This document shows positions 43,953-53,571 of a DNA stretch of 64,000 nt, piece after piece. Position 1 is the stretch's first letter. Each line of letters opens with the position of its first letter. This DNA comes from Candidatus Zixiibacteriota bacterium (GTDB lineage: Bacteria > Zixibacteria > MSB-5A5 > GN15 > FEB-12), in contig JAOUBJ010000003.1 in assembly GCA_029860345.1 (NCBI GenBank), positions 68,709-132,708 of the forward strand, written 5' to 3'. The position numbers and the translations under genes were made by a program. The notes below the pieces were generated by a model that saw only the letters and a list, made by a program, of their open reading frames with translations, was not told where the DNA came from and made no database searches.

Positions 43953-45905
43953 TCAGTTATTGAGTCCGAGCGCTTGTTTCAGTTGGTTTATTTTGGCCAG
44001 CAACCGCGTGTCATTTGGCCTGAGCCTGTATAGCTGCTCGTATTGGTACAGCGCCGAGTCCAGTTGCCCCTCCTGGTCAAAAATATACCCCAGGCGATCA
44101 TAACCCGGTGCGAAATCCGGCGCGTACTGTATGGTAGTTCGGAAGTACTGTCTGGCTGCCTCAATGTCATTGTTCAGTTGGGCAATTCGCCCGAGGCTGA
44201 AATTGTACTGGGGATATACCGGAAACTTCTGAAGCCCAGCCTCTAAGATACTCTTCGCCTTGTCAATCTGATTGGACTTCATGTACGTTTTCCCAAGGTT
44301 TTCATACAACTGCATATTGTCCGGCGACAACCGAAGCGCCCGCTCCATATACATGGCCGCTTGATCATAGTCCGCCCGGTTGTGGTAACTGTTTCCCACA
44401 AACCCGGCAAAGAAAGAGCGATTGGTGGGCGAATCAATGTCTCCTCCGATGTTCAATACTGCCAGCAATAACGCCAAAACGGTCAGACCGACCCAGAAGA
44501 AGCGGCGGTCCGAATGAAAATATCCTATCAGACCCCGGCCTCCGTAAACGGCAAAAACCACGGCCAGTGGCAAGACTGGTTGGCGAAAACGGGCACAGAC
44601 AAAGAAGGCCGTCACAACTAAGGCCATCCCGACGACATAGGCCAGGGGAACGAACAAGTCCAGCCTCTCGCGCCGCGCATAAAAGAACCCCAGGAAAGCC
44701 AGTCCGAAGATCAGCCCGGTGGGGAAATTGAGAGCGTACTTCCATAGAGCCAATCTCATAAACCAGGAATACTCACCGCTGTAATACAATGAGTAGTTGT
44801 TGATAATCTCCTGACCATGGAAGAAATAGTAGAATTTCCTGACCACCCGAACCGCTGCCGCCATCGGCTCCTCTGTCATTTCCTTCACCGTTTCACCAAA
44901 CCAAAAACTGGAGACTTCGCTTTCTCTGAACTTCCGCCCCGCCCGGCGCTCGGCTTCATCAACCGAGGCAGTCCATACATTGTCACGGTACTTGCCCATG
45001 CGCAGTGGTGGCCCGGGCGACTTGACGGTGATTCCGTCTGCTTCTGAGTTGTTGCCGATATAGAAGTTCACTCCACCCTGGGTCGAGATCAGAACAAACT
45101 CCCCCCCCTTCGTCACATTAGCCAGGGTTACCGGAAGAATCGGTAGAGAGATTCCCAGTAGAAACCAAAGGCTCGGCAACATGAGCATCTTGCGGTTGGA
45201 CCATCCACTCTTCAACAAGAGAGCTACCGGAAGAATGATCAAAAGGGGAAGTATCGTCGGTCTTGTGATTGCTGCCAAGCCCAGGACAACACCGGCAACG
45301 AGACTGTTCCGCAACCGGGGGGAGTTGACCGCGATATAGCTGCAGTAGATTGCCAGCATGTAGAGAAACACTGTCATCGTTGTCATCAGTGTCTCCCCTT
45401 CGTAGAAAATCAAAGTCGGATACACCGCTACTACAGCAGCAGCCCAAAGGGCCAATCGCCGACCGATAAGCTTCGTTGCGAAACGGTAAGTCACAACGAC
45501 TGTCAACAGACCCAGAATGTTCTGGAAAACGACAACCGGCCACGGTGATACGCCAAACCACTGGTACAATTGAGCCACCGTGTACGGGTAAAGTGGAGCC
45601 CGAAAAAAAGGGCTGTCCATCTTAACTCCGTTCAGAATATCCAGCGCCCAGGTATGATAGGCTTGGCTGTCGAGCAGGTAATTGCCCCAGAAAATACTGC
45701 CGGCCAGATCAATGTCGTAGAGACCACGAAGCAACGCACCCACGGCAATGATGATAAGCAGGGACTTGTGTTCGATCCAGAATGGTTGCGATCGGGTAGA
45801 CGGCTTCGGTCCTTTTCGATCTCGCCTGTTCTTCAATCGGTCCTCCGTTGGAGCGTTTTGAGCCTTGGGGACTCCGGCGATAACCGGTCCCGGTTGCTCT
45901 GCCAC
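43953..45905 (-). CDS. Polytopic GT39-like (ArnT/PMT_2-type) glycosyltransferase fused to C-terminal TPR repeats
   Basis: 650-aa ORF. About 11 hydrophobic helices with PMT_2-like segments (FFRAPLYPYTVAQLYQWFGVSPWPVVVFQNILGLLTVVVTYRFATKLIGRRLALWAAAVVAVYP). C-terminal TPRs (YHNRADYDQAAMYMERALRLSPDN..., YENLGKTYMKSNQIDKAKSILEAGLQKFP...). Confidence 0.6.
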   Translation of the reverse strand: MAEQPGPVIAGVPKAQNAPTEDRLKNRRDRKGPKPSTRSQPFWIEHKSLLIIIAVGALLRGLYDIDLAGSIFWGNYLLDSQAYHTWALDILNGVKMDSPFFRAPLYPYTVAQLYQWFGVSPWPVVVFQNILGLLTVVVTYRFATKLIGRRLALWAAAVVAVYPTLIFYEGETLMTTMTVFLYMLAIYCSYIAVNSPRLRNSLVAGVVLGLAAITRPTILPLLIILPVALLLKSGWSNRKMLMLPSLWFLLGISLPILPVTLANVTKGGEFVLISTQGGVNFYIGNNSEADGITVKSPGPPLRMGKYRDNVWTASVDEAERRAGRKFRESEVSSFWFGETVKEMTEEPMAAAVRVVRKFYYFFHGQEIINNYSLYYSGEYSWFMRLALWKYALNFPTGLIFGLAFLGFFYARRERLDLFVPLAYVVGMALVVTAFFVCARFRQPVLPLAVVFAVYGGRGLIGYFHSDRRFFWVGLTVLALLLAVLNIGGDIDSPTNRSFFAGFVGNSYHNRADYDQAAMYMERALRLSPDNMQLYENLGKTYMKSNQIDKAKSILEAGLQKFPVYPQYNFSLGRIAQLNNDIEAARQYFRTTIQYAPDFAPGYDRLGYIFDQEGQLDSALYQYEQLYRLRPNDTRLLAKINQLKQALGLNN

Positions 45906-46129
45906 TGGCTAAGTTACTTCTGTTGCCGGTTTAGTCAAGCTGTTTGGAGGTAGACGGAGGCCCGAGACTTTTCGCCGTTCTGGTGTGCCCCCGACACCAC
46001 TCATTTGACAAATCAGCTACATTCCAGTATCTTCGCCGCCGCTAAGCAGCTTGAACCGTCGCCCGATAACTATCAAAGATGCGACCGGGGCCGAGTAAAC
46101 GGCTGCAAAATGAAAGTGTGCCTGTAGTG

Positions 46130-47929
46130 ATGGACCAGAAACAGATCAGAAACTTCTCGATAATCGCCCATATCGACCATGGCAAATCTACCCTGGCCGA
46201 CCGTCTGTTGCAGGACACACACACCCTGCCCGACCGTCAGATGAAAGCCCAGGTGCTCGACACCATGGACCTGGAACGGGAGAGGGGTATCACTATCAAG
46301 GCCCACGCGATCCGACTCAAATATGTAGCCTCCGATGGCCTCGATTACCAGCTCAATCTGATTGACACCCCCGGCCATGTCGATTTCACCTACGAGGTCA
46401 GTCGCTCACTGGCCGCTTGCGAGGGAGCCATCCTGGTTGTCGATGCTTCGCAGGGGATTGAAGCTCAGACCTTGTCGAATCTCTACCTGGCCATGGAGAA
46501 CGACCTGGAGATTCTGCCGGTTGTCAACAAAATAGACCTGCCCAACGCCGAGACCGAACGAGTGGTCGGAGAAATCGTGGAATTGTTGGGATGTAACGCT
46601 GACGATATCGTCAGATGCTCGGCCAAGACCGGTATTGGTGTCGACCAGGTTCTGACGGCCATAGTCGAAAAGATACCACCGCCCGAAGGTGACCCGGATG
46701 CGCCGCTGCAGGCCATGGTCTTCGACTCTGTGTTCGACAGCTACCGGGGAGCCATGCCATTCGTGCGGATTATGAACGGCACCTTGCACAAAGGTGCGCG
46801 CGTGAAATTCTTCTCGACCGCTCAGACTTACGAAGTGGACGAACTCGGCCACATGATTCTGTCTACCATATCGCAGGAATCACTCTCAGCCGGTGAGGTG
46901 GGTTACTTCTTCGCTTCGATCAAGGAAGTAGCCGACACGCGAATAGGAGACACCATCACCACCGCCGCCCACCCGGCCAAGACCGCACTTGAGGGCTTCA
47001 TCGATGTAAAACCAATGGTCTTCTCCGGGCTCTATCCGGCCATCGCCGAAGATTTCAGTCGGCTGCGCGAATCGCTTGAGAAACTGAAACTCAATGACTC
47101 CTCGCTCACTTTCACACCGGAGTCTTCGACGGCTCTGGGCTTTGGTTTCCGGGTCGGCTTTCTCGGACTTTTGCACATGGAGATTATTACCGAACGACTG
47201 TCACGCGAATACGGCCAAACGATAATCAACACCGTACCCAATGTCGAATACCACGTGCACAAGTCCGATGGTTCCATAGTTGATGTAGACAACCCGGCCG
47301 ATCTGCCTTCACCGGGCGACACGGAATTCATAGAGGAGCCCTATGTCGACGCCCAGATAATCGCGCCGGCTGAGTACATCGGTGCTATTATGCGTCTGTC
47401 GATGGACCGCCGGGGTGAATACAAGGACACTGAATACCTGACTTCAGATCGGGTCAGCCTGTCCTACCGTTTTCCATTGTCGGAGATCATTTTTGATTTC
47501 TATGACAAACTAAAATCGTCCACGCGCGGTTACGCCTCGCTTGACTACGACCAGCCTTACTATCGTCGCTCAGACGTTGTCAAGCTGGACATTCTACTCA
47601 ACGCAGAACCGGTCGACGCCCTCTCGGTGATTATTCATCGCGACAAAGCTTACCGTTGGGGTAAAGAACTCAACGAAAAACTCCGCACATTGATACCGCG
47701 ACAGATGTACGAAGTCGTCATCCAGGCCACTATCGGCAGCCGCATTGTCAGCCGCGCCACGGTACGACCCTTGCGCAAGAATGTCACGGCCCGATGCTAC
47801 GGTGGCGACATCACCCGCAAACGCAAGCTTCTGGAAAAACAGAAGGAAGGCAAGAAGCGGATGAAACAATTCGGCTCTGTGGAGATACCTCAGGAAGCCT
47901 TCCTGGCCGCCCTCCAAATCGACCGGTGA
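46130..47929 (+). CDS. lepA: Elongation factor 4 (LepA)
   Basis: The ATG at 46130 gives [27 protein letters not shown], followed by [14 protein letters not shown] and the LepA C-terminal domain. 599 aa. The track start at 46079 adds 17 atypical residues. Confidence 0.95.
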   Translation: MDQKQIRNFSIIAHIDHGKSTLADRLLQDTHTLPDRQMKAQVLDTMDLERERGITIKAHAIRLKYVASDGLDYQLNLIDTPGHVDFTYEVSRSLAACEGAILVVDASQGIEAQTLSNLYLAMENDLEILPVVNKIDLPNAETERVVGEIVELLGCNADDIVRCSAKTGIGVDQVLTAIVEKIPPPEGDPDAPLQAMVFDSVFDSYRGAMPFVRIMNGTLHKGARVKFFSTAQTYEVDELGHMILSTISQESLSAGEVGYFFASIKEVADTRIGDTITTAAHPAKTALEGFIDVKPMVFSGLYPAIAEDFSRLRESLEKLKLNDSSLTFTPESSTALGFGFRVGFLGLLHMEIITERLSREYGQTIINTVPNVEYHVHKSDGSIVDVDNPADLPSPGDTEFIEEPYVDAQIIAPAEYIGAIMRLSMDRRGEYKDTEYLTSDRVSLSYRFPLSEIIFDFYDKLKSSTRGYASLDYDQPYYRRSDVVKLDILLNAEPVDALSVIIHRDKAYRWGKELNEKLRTLIPRQMYEVVIQATIGSRIVSRATVRPLRKNVTARCYGGDITRKRKLLEKQKEGKKRMKQFGSVEIPQEAFLAALQIDR

Positions 47930-47994
47930 GCGATAAATCGCTTTCTTGGCGCTACGCGCCCTTGAAACCAAACATCCAATTGACAACTCTTAAC

Positions 47995-48385
47995 GCGAGC
48001 GGGTGGCCGTCTCAAACCTTGTTTGGGGCGGCGGACAAGCCCGTTTTTTGTGCTACGCATCCCACGTCCGTCATGCCGGACCTGATCCGGCATCCATCTT
48101 CTCTTGTAGGTCGAAACCCCTGTCCCCAGGGTGTCGTCCTGAGCGCAGTCGAAGGGCGAGGTTTCGACGATGTCGCAAAAGACACGGCTTGACCGTGTCA
48201 CCCTTCGACTCCGCTCAGGGTGAGGTTGAGCTGCTCAAGTTTAGGTTGTGGTGCGTTGGTTGAGGTAGAGACGCGGAACACAAGATAGAGAATCATCACC
48301 TCATGGTGAGCGGAGTCGAACCATGAACTTGGGCAGATATGGGAACCCACCCGCCGCAAAGCCTCTGGGTGGGGTACCTTTTTGA
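47995..48385. repeat. Mosaic of REP-like modules downstream of lepA
   Basis: gggtggccgtctcaaaccttgtttgggg. cgtcatgccggacctgatccggcatcc. ttgtaggtcgaaacccc. cgtcctgagcgcagtcgaagggcgaggtttcgac. acacggcttgaccgtgtcacccttcgactccgctcagggtgaggtt. cacctcatggtgagcggagtcgaaccatgaac. acccacccgccgcaaagcctctgggtgggg. Confidence 0.8.
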
Positions 48386-48421
48386 CTTATCACCGCAAAG
48401 CGCATAAGACCCATTTATGGG

Positions 48422-49165
48422 TTACCACAGGTCGGCGGGAAAGGTGATAGCGATTTTCACGTCGGCTTGCGGCGTTACGCTCACGGAAAAAGTCGTTGTA
48501 TCATTGTCGGGCAGGTATACGACCCTAAGGGTCTGATTGCCTGCCGGTATACCGACAAACGAGAAGCCGCCCTGAATCGTGGGATTGATCATACTCGTGG
48601 TCGTACTGCCGACGCCATCGGGATACGTCAGATGAATCTCCAACGAGTCGGAGTAAACAGCACCCGGCATTTCATCGTCGGCATCTACTATGTATCCGTC
48701 AACCGTGTTGCTCAGCAGAGCAGCGGTAGACGTTGCGAGAAGTTTGTCGATGTTCGATCCCGATCCGGTCGAACGAATGAGTGAATCGGAGTAGGTGTAT
48801 AACACGTTCCAACCATCCGTCTTGAATTCGTTCAGATCGATTCCGCGATTAATATAGGGTCCATCCCAGGTTGAGTATCCACCCGCGTTGGTCACCAAGG
48901 CATCCAGGTTGGGCGGCAACGACCCAACATCGCCGACATACCCAAAATCCGTTCGGCTGCTCTCGCTGTATAGATTCGTGTTACCGGCAATAGCTTCGGC
49001 CAGCGCATTCATTTCTTTCAGGGTGTGCTCGTACCTGGCCGTTTCCACCGAGGTCGACAGTTTGCGCACGGCCACCGTAGCCAGTATACCGACGATTATT
49101 ATCACCATGACCAGCTCTATCAGCGTGAAACCCCGGTTGTTGCGAAGGGACAAGATCACTGGCAA
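48422..49165 (-). CDS. Type IV pilin/T2SS pseudopilin-like protein (prepilin N-terminal motif) with a CarboxypepD_reg-like C-terminal domain
   Basis: 247 aa. MPVILSLRNNRG|FTLIELVMVIIIVGILATVAV. Shared block DFGYVGDVGSLPPNLDALVTNAGGYSTWDGPY. C-terminal GYIVDADDEMPGAVYSDSLEIHLTYPDG...GFSFVGIPAGNQTLRVVY. Confidence 0.75.
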   Translation of the reverse strand: MPVILSLRNNRGFTLIELVMVIIIVGILATVAVRKLSTSVETARYEHTLKEMNALAEAIAGNTNLYSESSRTDFGYVGDVGSLPPNLDALVTNAGGYSTWDGPYINRGIDLNEFKTDGWNVLYTYSDSLIRSTGSGSNIDKLLATSTAALLSNTVDGYIVDADDEMPGAVYSDSLEIHLTYPDGVGSTTTSMINPTIQGGFSFVGIPAGNQTLRVVYLPDNDTTTFSVSVTPQADVKIAITFPADLW

Positions 49166-50340
49166 GCTCCAAAACTGATGGCGAAAGTCGAACCGTCGGA
49201 TAAAAGCACCGTCACACTCACATTCGACATGTCCACATTGGCTCCCCCAACAGGGTTAGCCTCGAACGTCTCGATCTGCACTCGGGCACTGTCCCCATCG
49301 GCAACCGCCTGGCCGACAGAGAAGGACGCCAGCTCACCGCTGCCTGCTTTCGGGTTGTTGGAGTCGAACACTGTCGTGCCGTTCCACCTGACATAGCGAT
49401 AATAAGCGGTCGGTGTTGCATAGGTCAAAGTGATACTGTTAACCGAGACCAGACTGCCGCTGTTATTGATTACCCAGAACGAAAAATTGTTGCACTGCGG
49501 CGTGGTGTACACACTGTCGCGTCCGGCCATACTTTCCAGACCGCTGCCACCGGCGCCTGAGACCGCCCAAACATCCGAGGGTAAACCATACTCGCCGTAG
49601 GGCGACGACGCCGGTAAAACCGAAACGAACCGGGTCAGGCTGTCATCGTTGGGCATGTAGACTATCTGAATGTCGTGGTTGCCTACCGGAACGGAGTCGA
49701 ATGAAAAGTACCCACCGACATCGACGGTTGACACCTTGCCAACCATTCCGCCGGTACCGTTGGGAATGGTCAAGGTCACCTCGACAGAATCCATATAGGT
49801 CGGACCGGGTGGCGTACCATCGCGGTCGGAGACAACACCACGAACCTGATTGAAGGTAAAATCGTTTACACTTTTGCCAAGCGTGCGGACAATGTCGGAG
49901 CCGGAGCCGCTGGAAGTTATATTAACCCCAGCATAGTCGTAGTTGACCCCCCAGGCGTCTGTCTTATAGTCGTCGACTTTCTGCGTAAACTCATCGACGA
50001 TGTAGGGACCGTTCCAGGTTGAGTAACCGCCGGGGTTGCTCTTGAGGGCATCCAAATCCGGGGGCAAGGCGCCAACGTCCCCGACATATCCAAAATCGGA
50101 ACGCACACTGTTGTTAGCCAGGGCCGGGTTGCCGACCATCGAAAAAGCCAGCGCCTGCAACTCCTGTTTGGTCTCCTCGACTTTTGCCGTGTCGGACAGA
50201 GTGATAGCCGAACGCAGTGCGACACTAGCCAGAATGGCGCCAATTACGACCACAATGATCACTTCGATCAGAGTGAAACCGGAACGATTGAAAATTCTGT
50301 GTGGCAACCGCGCCTGCATAACAGACCTCACCAAAATCAA
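49156..50340 (-). CDS. Prepilin-like protein, paralog 2 (394 aa, extended C-terminus)
   Basis: ...NRSG|FTLIEVIIVVVIGAILASVAL. DFGYVGDVGALPPDLDALKSNPGGYSTWNGPY. GVVSDRDGTPPGPTYMDSVEVTLTIPNG...GYFSFDSVPVGNHDIQIVY. Overlaps its neighbours by 10 and 4 nt. Confidence 0.75.
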   Translation of the reverse strand: MILVRSVMQARLPHRIFNRSGFTLIEVIIVVVIGAILASVALRSAITLSDTAKVEETKQELQALAFSMVGNPALANNSVRSDFGYVGDVGALPPDLDALKSNPGGYSTWNGPYIVDEFTQKVDDYKTDAWGVNYDYAGVNITSSGSGSDIVRTLGKSVNDFTFNQVRGVVSDRDGTPPGPTYMDSVEVTLTIPNGTGGMVGKVSTVDVGGYFSFDSVPVGNHDIQIVYMPNDDSLTRFVSVLPASSPYGEYGLPSDVWAVSGAGGSGLESMAGRDSVYTTPQCNNFSFWVINNSGSLVSVNSITLTYATPTAYYRYVRWNGTTVFDSNNPKAGSGELASFSVGQAVADGDSARVQIETFEANPVGGANVDMSNVSVTVLLSDGSTFAISFGACQ

Positions 50341-51590
50341 TTACTGTACGCCACTTCCACCCACATCTGTGTGCATCGAGCGGGATGGGTAGCCTTACTG
50401 GTTTTCAATTGAGCGCCGATCTCCAGGTCAATCAGTTCGGTCCAGGTCCAGGCGACTCCGGTGAACGGATTGGCGACCCATAGTTGACTGTGATCCAGGA
50501 AATCGTCAGTCAGGGTTTCTTCAGCGCCGTTGTAATCGGTCCCATTGGTGCGCATGACAATCTGTGCATGGGCGTCTTTGACAAATCTGCGCGCCCGCAT
50601 GTAGACGGTTATCGAACTGATACTGCACGAAGTGTCACTCGGATCAGTGATGGCGTAAATGTCTCTCAGATAAGTCAGGCTGTTTGACTCTACGTAGGTG
50701 ACATTTGAGTCGCTGACCACTTCATCGACACACTGATAGTTCGACCCGCAACCGCTGGTCTGGAGTTCTGCGGCACTGCCTGCTGCCACCGGCCGCAAAG
50801 CCATGCTGCCGGAACCTGCGCAACCTCCGCCCGCGAAGTAGGCTGAGGCAAATTTGTAACTAACCGGACTTTTGTGCCGGGGAAGAATAGTGACATATCG
50901 CAATAGGGTATCGACATTCGGTGTGTATATCAGTCGCACCGGATGCGTGCCCACGGGCAGTGAGTCCAGGGTGAAGGCACCGACCGCGTCCGGTGTGTAG
51001 CTCTTGGTTGCCGAGCCGCCGACTCCGTTCGGTATCGTCACGGTGATATCGACAGAGTCCATGTAGATAACACCCGGCAACGAGTCATCGGCGTCAAGGA
51101 TTGTGCCATCCAGACTGTTGAGTGTATGGTCAGCAACCTGGTCGGCGATCTTGTGGGTCAGTGTCGATCCACTTCCGGATGATTGAATGGCCACACCACC
51201 GGTGTATGCATACAGTGTCCCCCACTCGTCCGTCTTGAATCCGACCGCGTCCTCGCTGATTCCGGGTGGCAGGTAGGGACCATCCCAGGTGCTGTATCCA
51301 CCCGGGTTTTCGTAAAGGGCTTGCAGACTGGCCGGGAAACTCCCGACATCGCCCACATACCCAAACTCCGCCCGCTGCCCGTTGCTTTTGATCGATGGAT
51401 CCCCCACGATGGCCCGAGCCAGCATCTCCATCTCGCGCTCGGTTGCCACCCGCCTGGCATCCTGCACCATCACCGTGGCCGACTGCATAGCCACGGCCGC
51501 CAGCACGCCGATTATGATAATCACGATGGTCAGCTCGATCAGCCCGAAGCCGTGGTTGTTATGAAGTCTGGGTAGCATCAATCTCACCAC
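50337..51590 (-). CDS. Prepilin-like protein, paralog 3 (417 aa, extended C-terminus)
   Basis: ...HNNHG|FGLIELTIVIIIIGVLAAVAM. EFGYVGDVGSFPASLQALYENPGGYSTWDGPY. GTILDADDSLPGVIYMDSVDITVTIPNG...AFTLDSLPVGTHPVRLIY. Confidence 0.75.
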   Translation of the reverse strand: MVRLMLPRLHNNHGFGLIELTIVIIIIGVLAAVAMQSATVMVQDARRVATEREMEMLARAIVGDPSIKSNGQRAEFGYVGDVGSFPASLQALYENPGGYSTWDGPYLPPGISEDAVGFKTDEWGTLYAYTGGVAIQSSGSGSTLTHKIADQVADHTLNSLDGTILDADDSLPGVIYMDSVDITVTIPNGVGGSATKSYTPDAVGAFTLDSLPVGTHPVRLIYTPNVDTLLRYVTILPRHKSPVSYKFASAYFAGGGCAGSGSMALRPVAAGSAAELQTSGCGSNYQCVDEVVSDSNVTYVESNSLTYLRDIYAITDPSDTSCSISSITVYMRARRFVKDAHAQIVMRTNGTDYNGAEETLTDDFLDHSQLWVANPFTGVAWTWTELIDLEIGAQLKTSKATHPARCTQMWVEVAYSN

Positions 51591-52342
51591 AAATCACCGA
51601 ACAACTGAGTTTGCATGAAGCTGTCGCCGCCGGGCGTGAAAGTGACCAGCCGCGTGAGCGTATCATTGGACGGCAGATAGACAGTCCGAAGTGTCTGTTG
51701 TCCGATGGGGATTGAGTCGAACAGTGCCAACCCGTTGGCATCGGGAGATGAGTTGCGAGTGGCAAAACCACCGGCGCCGTCGGGATGAATCAGGATCAAC
51801 CGCACCGAATCTCGGTAAACGCTTCCCGGCGGGTCGTTGTCGAGATCAACCACGGTTACCGTTAGCCGGTTGTACAGTAGATCGTCAAGGGAATTGGCCA
51901 ACCGTTGTGTGATAGTCGTCCCGCCACCGGTGGATACAATGGTGGCCCCGCCCGAAAACTGGTAGGCTCTGCCCCAGGCGTCGGTCTTGAACTCAGACGA
52001 CGGACCACCAACGGCAGCGTAGAAGTCATCCTGCACGTAAGGACCATCCCAGGTGGCCAATCCGCCTGGATTGCTGATCAGGTCATCCAGATTGCTCGGC
52101 AGTGCGCCGACATCGCCGACATAACCGAAATCGATTCGAGAGCCACCGGAAACCAGCGACTGGTTGCCGGTAATGGCCCAAGCCAACTGCTCAAGCTCCC
52201 CTTTGGTTTCTTCGACCCGGACAATGTCGTTGGTCGCCGTCTGCGACTTCATGGCCACCGTAGCGATTATGGCCACAATGACAATGACAATCACCAACTC
52301 CAATAGCGAGTAACCGGCTGTCGAACGTATTTTTGCGAGCAT
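51584..52342 (-). CDS. Prepilin-like protein, paralog 4 (252 aa)
   Basis: MLAKIRSTAG|YSLLELVIVIVIVAIIATVAM. DFGYVGDVGALPSNLDDLISNPGGLATWDGPY. VTVVDLDNDPPGSVYRDSVRLILIHPDG...LALFDSIPIGQQTLRTVY. Confidence 0.75.
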   Translation of the reverse strand: MLAKIRSTAGYSLLELVIVIVIVAIIATVAMKSQTATNDIVRVEETKGELEQLAWAITGNQSLVSGGSRIDFGYVGDVGALPSNLDDLISNPGGLATWDGPYVQDDFYAAVGGPSSEFKTDAWGRAYQFSGGATIVSTGGGTTITQRLANSLDDLLYNRLTVTVVDLDNDPPGSVYRDSVRLILIHPDGAGGFATRNSSPDANGLALFDSIPIGQQTLRTVYLPSNDTLTRLVTFTPGGDSFMQTQLFGDLW

Positions 52343-52439
52343 ACAGTCTGGGTCCCATCATCTTTGGTCTCATTAGGTTATCGGCAGACTACCGGGACCG
52401 TTTTATCCCGACCCGGTTTCGAGGGACTTGTGATAAGCT

Positions 52440-52870
52440 GTGGAGACGCTTGGTAGAAACCCACCCGACGCAAAGCCTCTGGGTGGGCTACCACGTTTCC
52501 ACCTGGCCCACGTCGACGTATACCACGCACAACCCGCCGAAGTGTCAGAGTTCCCGCCACCCTTGTCTGAACTTTGGTAGGGCGGGTCCGTCTTCGCCTG
52601 CGCGCCGCGGCGTGAACCCGCCAGTCTTGTAGATCGAAACCCCCGGCCCGAAGGGGAAGAAACATGGCTTGACCGTGTCGTCCGGAGCGCAGTCGAAGGT
52701 GATAAATCACATTTTCGCGCTCCGCGCGGCTGACGAATGAACCTTCTGTGACGGAGTCTTCGGATTCAGGCACAGACAACCACCTCATCCTGAGCGGAGT
52801 CGAAGGTGATAAATCACATTTTCGCGCTCCGCGCGGCTGACGAATGAACCTTGTTTGGGGCGGATGTAAC
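52440..52870. repeat. Mosaic of REP-like modules, including two copies of a ~60-bp element
   Basis: acccacccgacgcaaagcctctgggtggg. gtagggcgggtccgtcttcgcctgcgc. catggcttgaccgtg. (g)agcg(c/g)agtcgaaggtgataaatcacattttcgcgctccgcgcggctgacgaatgaacc at 52684-52745 and 52790-52851, with a partial third copy at 55175-55207. Confidence 0.85.
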
Positions 52871-52926
52871 CCACCCTCACCAGACAGACAATGGATGTCC
52901 ACCGCTGACAAAATCGAGCAGGAGCG

Positions 52927-53223
52927 CTATGCTTCCGGCGGAATTACCAAAACCAAATCGCCGCCGATCTGGCATTGGCAAGCAAGCCGCGAGGATTCGG
53001 TGACGCCCTCAGCCTCCTCAAGCAGATCAAGCTCATCTTCGGTCTTGCCGTTGAGCGTCTCCAACCCTTGTTCGACCACAACATGGCAGGTACTGCAAGC
53101 GCCATTGCCGCCACAATCATAGTTGATATCGATATCAGCATCCAAGGCGGCATCCAAAATGGTCGTGCCCGCTTCGGCTTCAATTGTCCTGTTCTCGGTT
53201 TTGAAAAACAGCTTCGATTTCAT
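52927..53223 (-). CDS. 2Fe-2S ferredoxin (adrenodoxin/Fdx-type)
   Basis: ATG at 53223 gives a 98-aa protein MKSKLFFKTENRTIEAEAGTTILDAALDADIDINYDCGGNGACSTCHVVV...SRLACQCQI with a C-x5-C-x2-C...C pattern. The long track ORF (to 53568) adds a non-homologous extension. Confidence 0.8.
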   Translation of the reverse strand: MKSKLFFKTENRTIEAEAGTTILDAALDADIDINYDCGGNGACSTCHVVVEQGLETLNGKTEDELDLLEEAEGVTESSRLACQCQIGGDLVLVIPPEA

Positions 53224-53571
53224 GCTGTCGTCAACATCTTTGGCCCGGCTTTGTTCCCCGTCTGGTGGTTGAAAGTGAAATGGCTTTGTCGGTCGGCGTT
53301 CAACAGCCTTATATGGCCCGAAAACCCTTGACTGGCGCAGCTTGCTGGAATTCTGACGGACTGACACCGGCCCGTTAACGACCCCCCTTTTGTCATAAAA
53401 CGTGCAAAAGTCCACTTTAGGTGCAAAAAAGGCCAAATGGGGCAATTTTGTTATGGACATAATGCATCTTTTTAGATATAATGCCTCGAACATGGAAAGG
53501 TAGGGATAGTATTCCCGCCATGGAAGTCTGTAGAAAACGACAGCTTGAACTAAAAAGAGAAGGAACATCGC

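Noticed and set aside
52378-52911. 177-aa minus-strand ORF and neighbouring ORFs 52333..52632 and 52844..53122
   Set aside because: They run through the repeat mosaic, including two copies of the 60-bp element, with no SD or motifs. Spurious.
53224-53568. N-terminal 115-aa extension of the ferredoxin ORF (track 52927..53568)
   Set aside because: The extension has no ferredoxin similarity and would consume the divergent promoter region up to 4 nt from the Rrf2 start. The internal ATG at 53223 yields a canonical-length 2Fe-2S ferredoxin.
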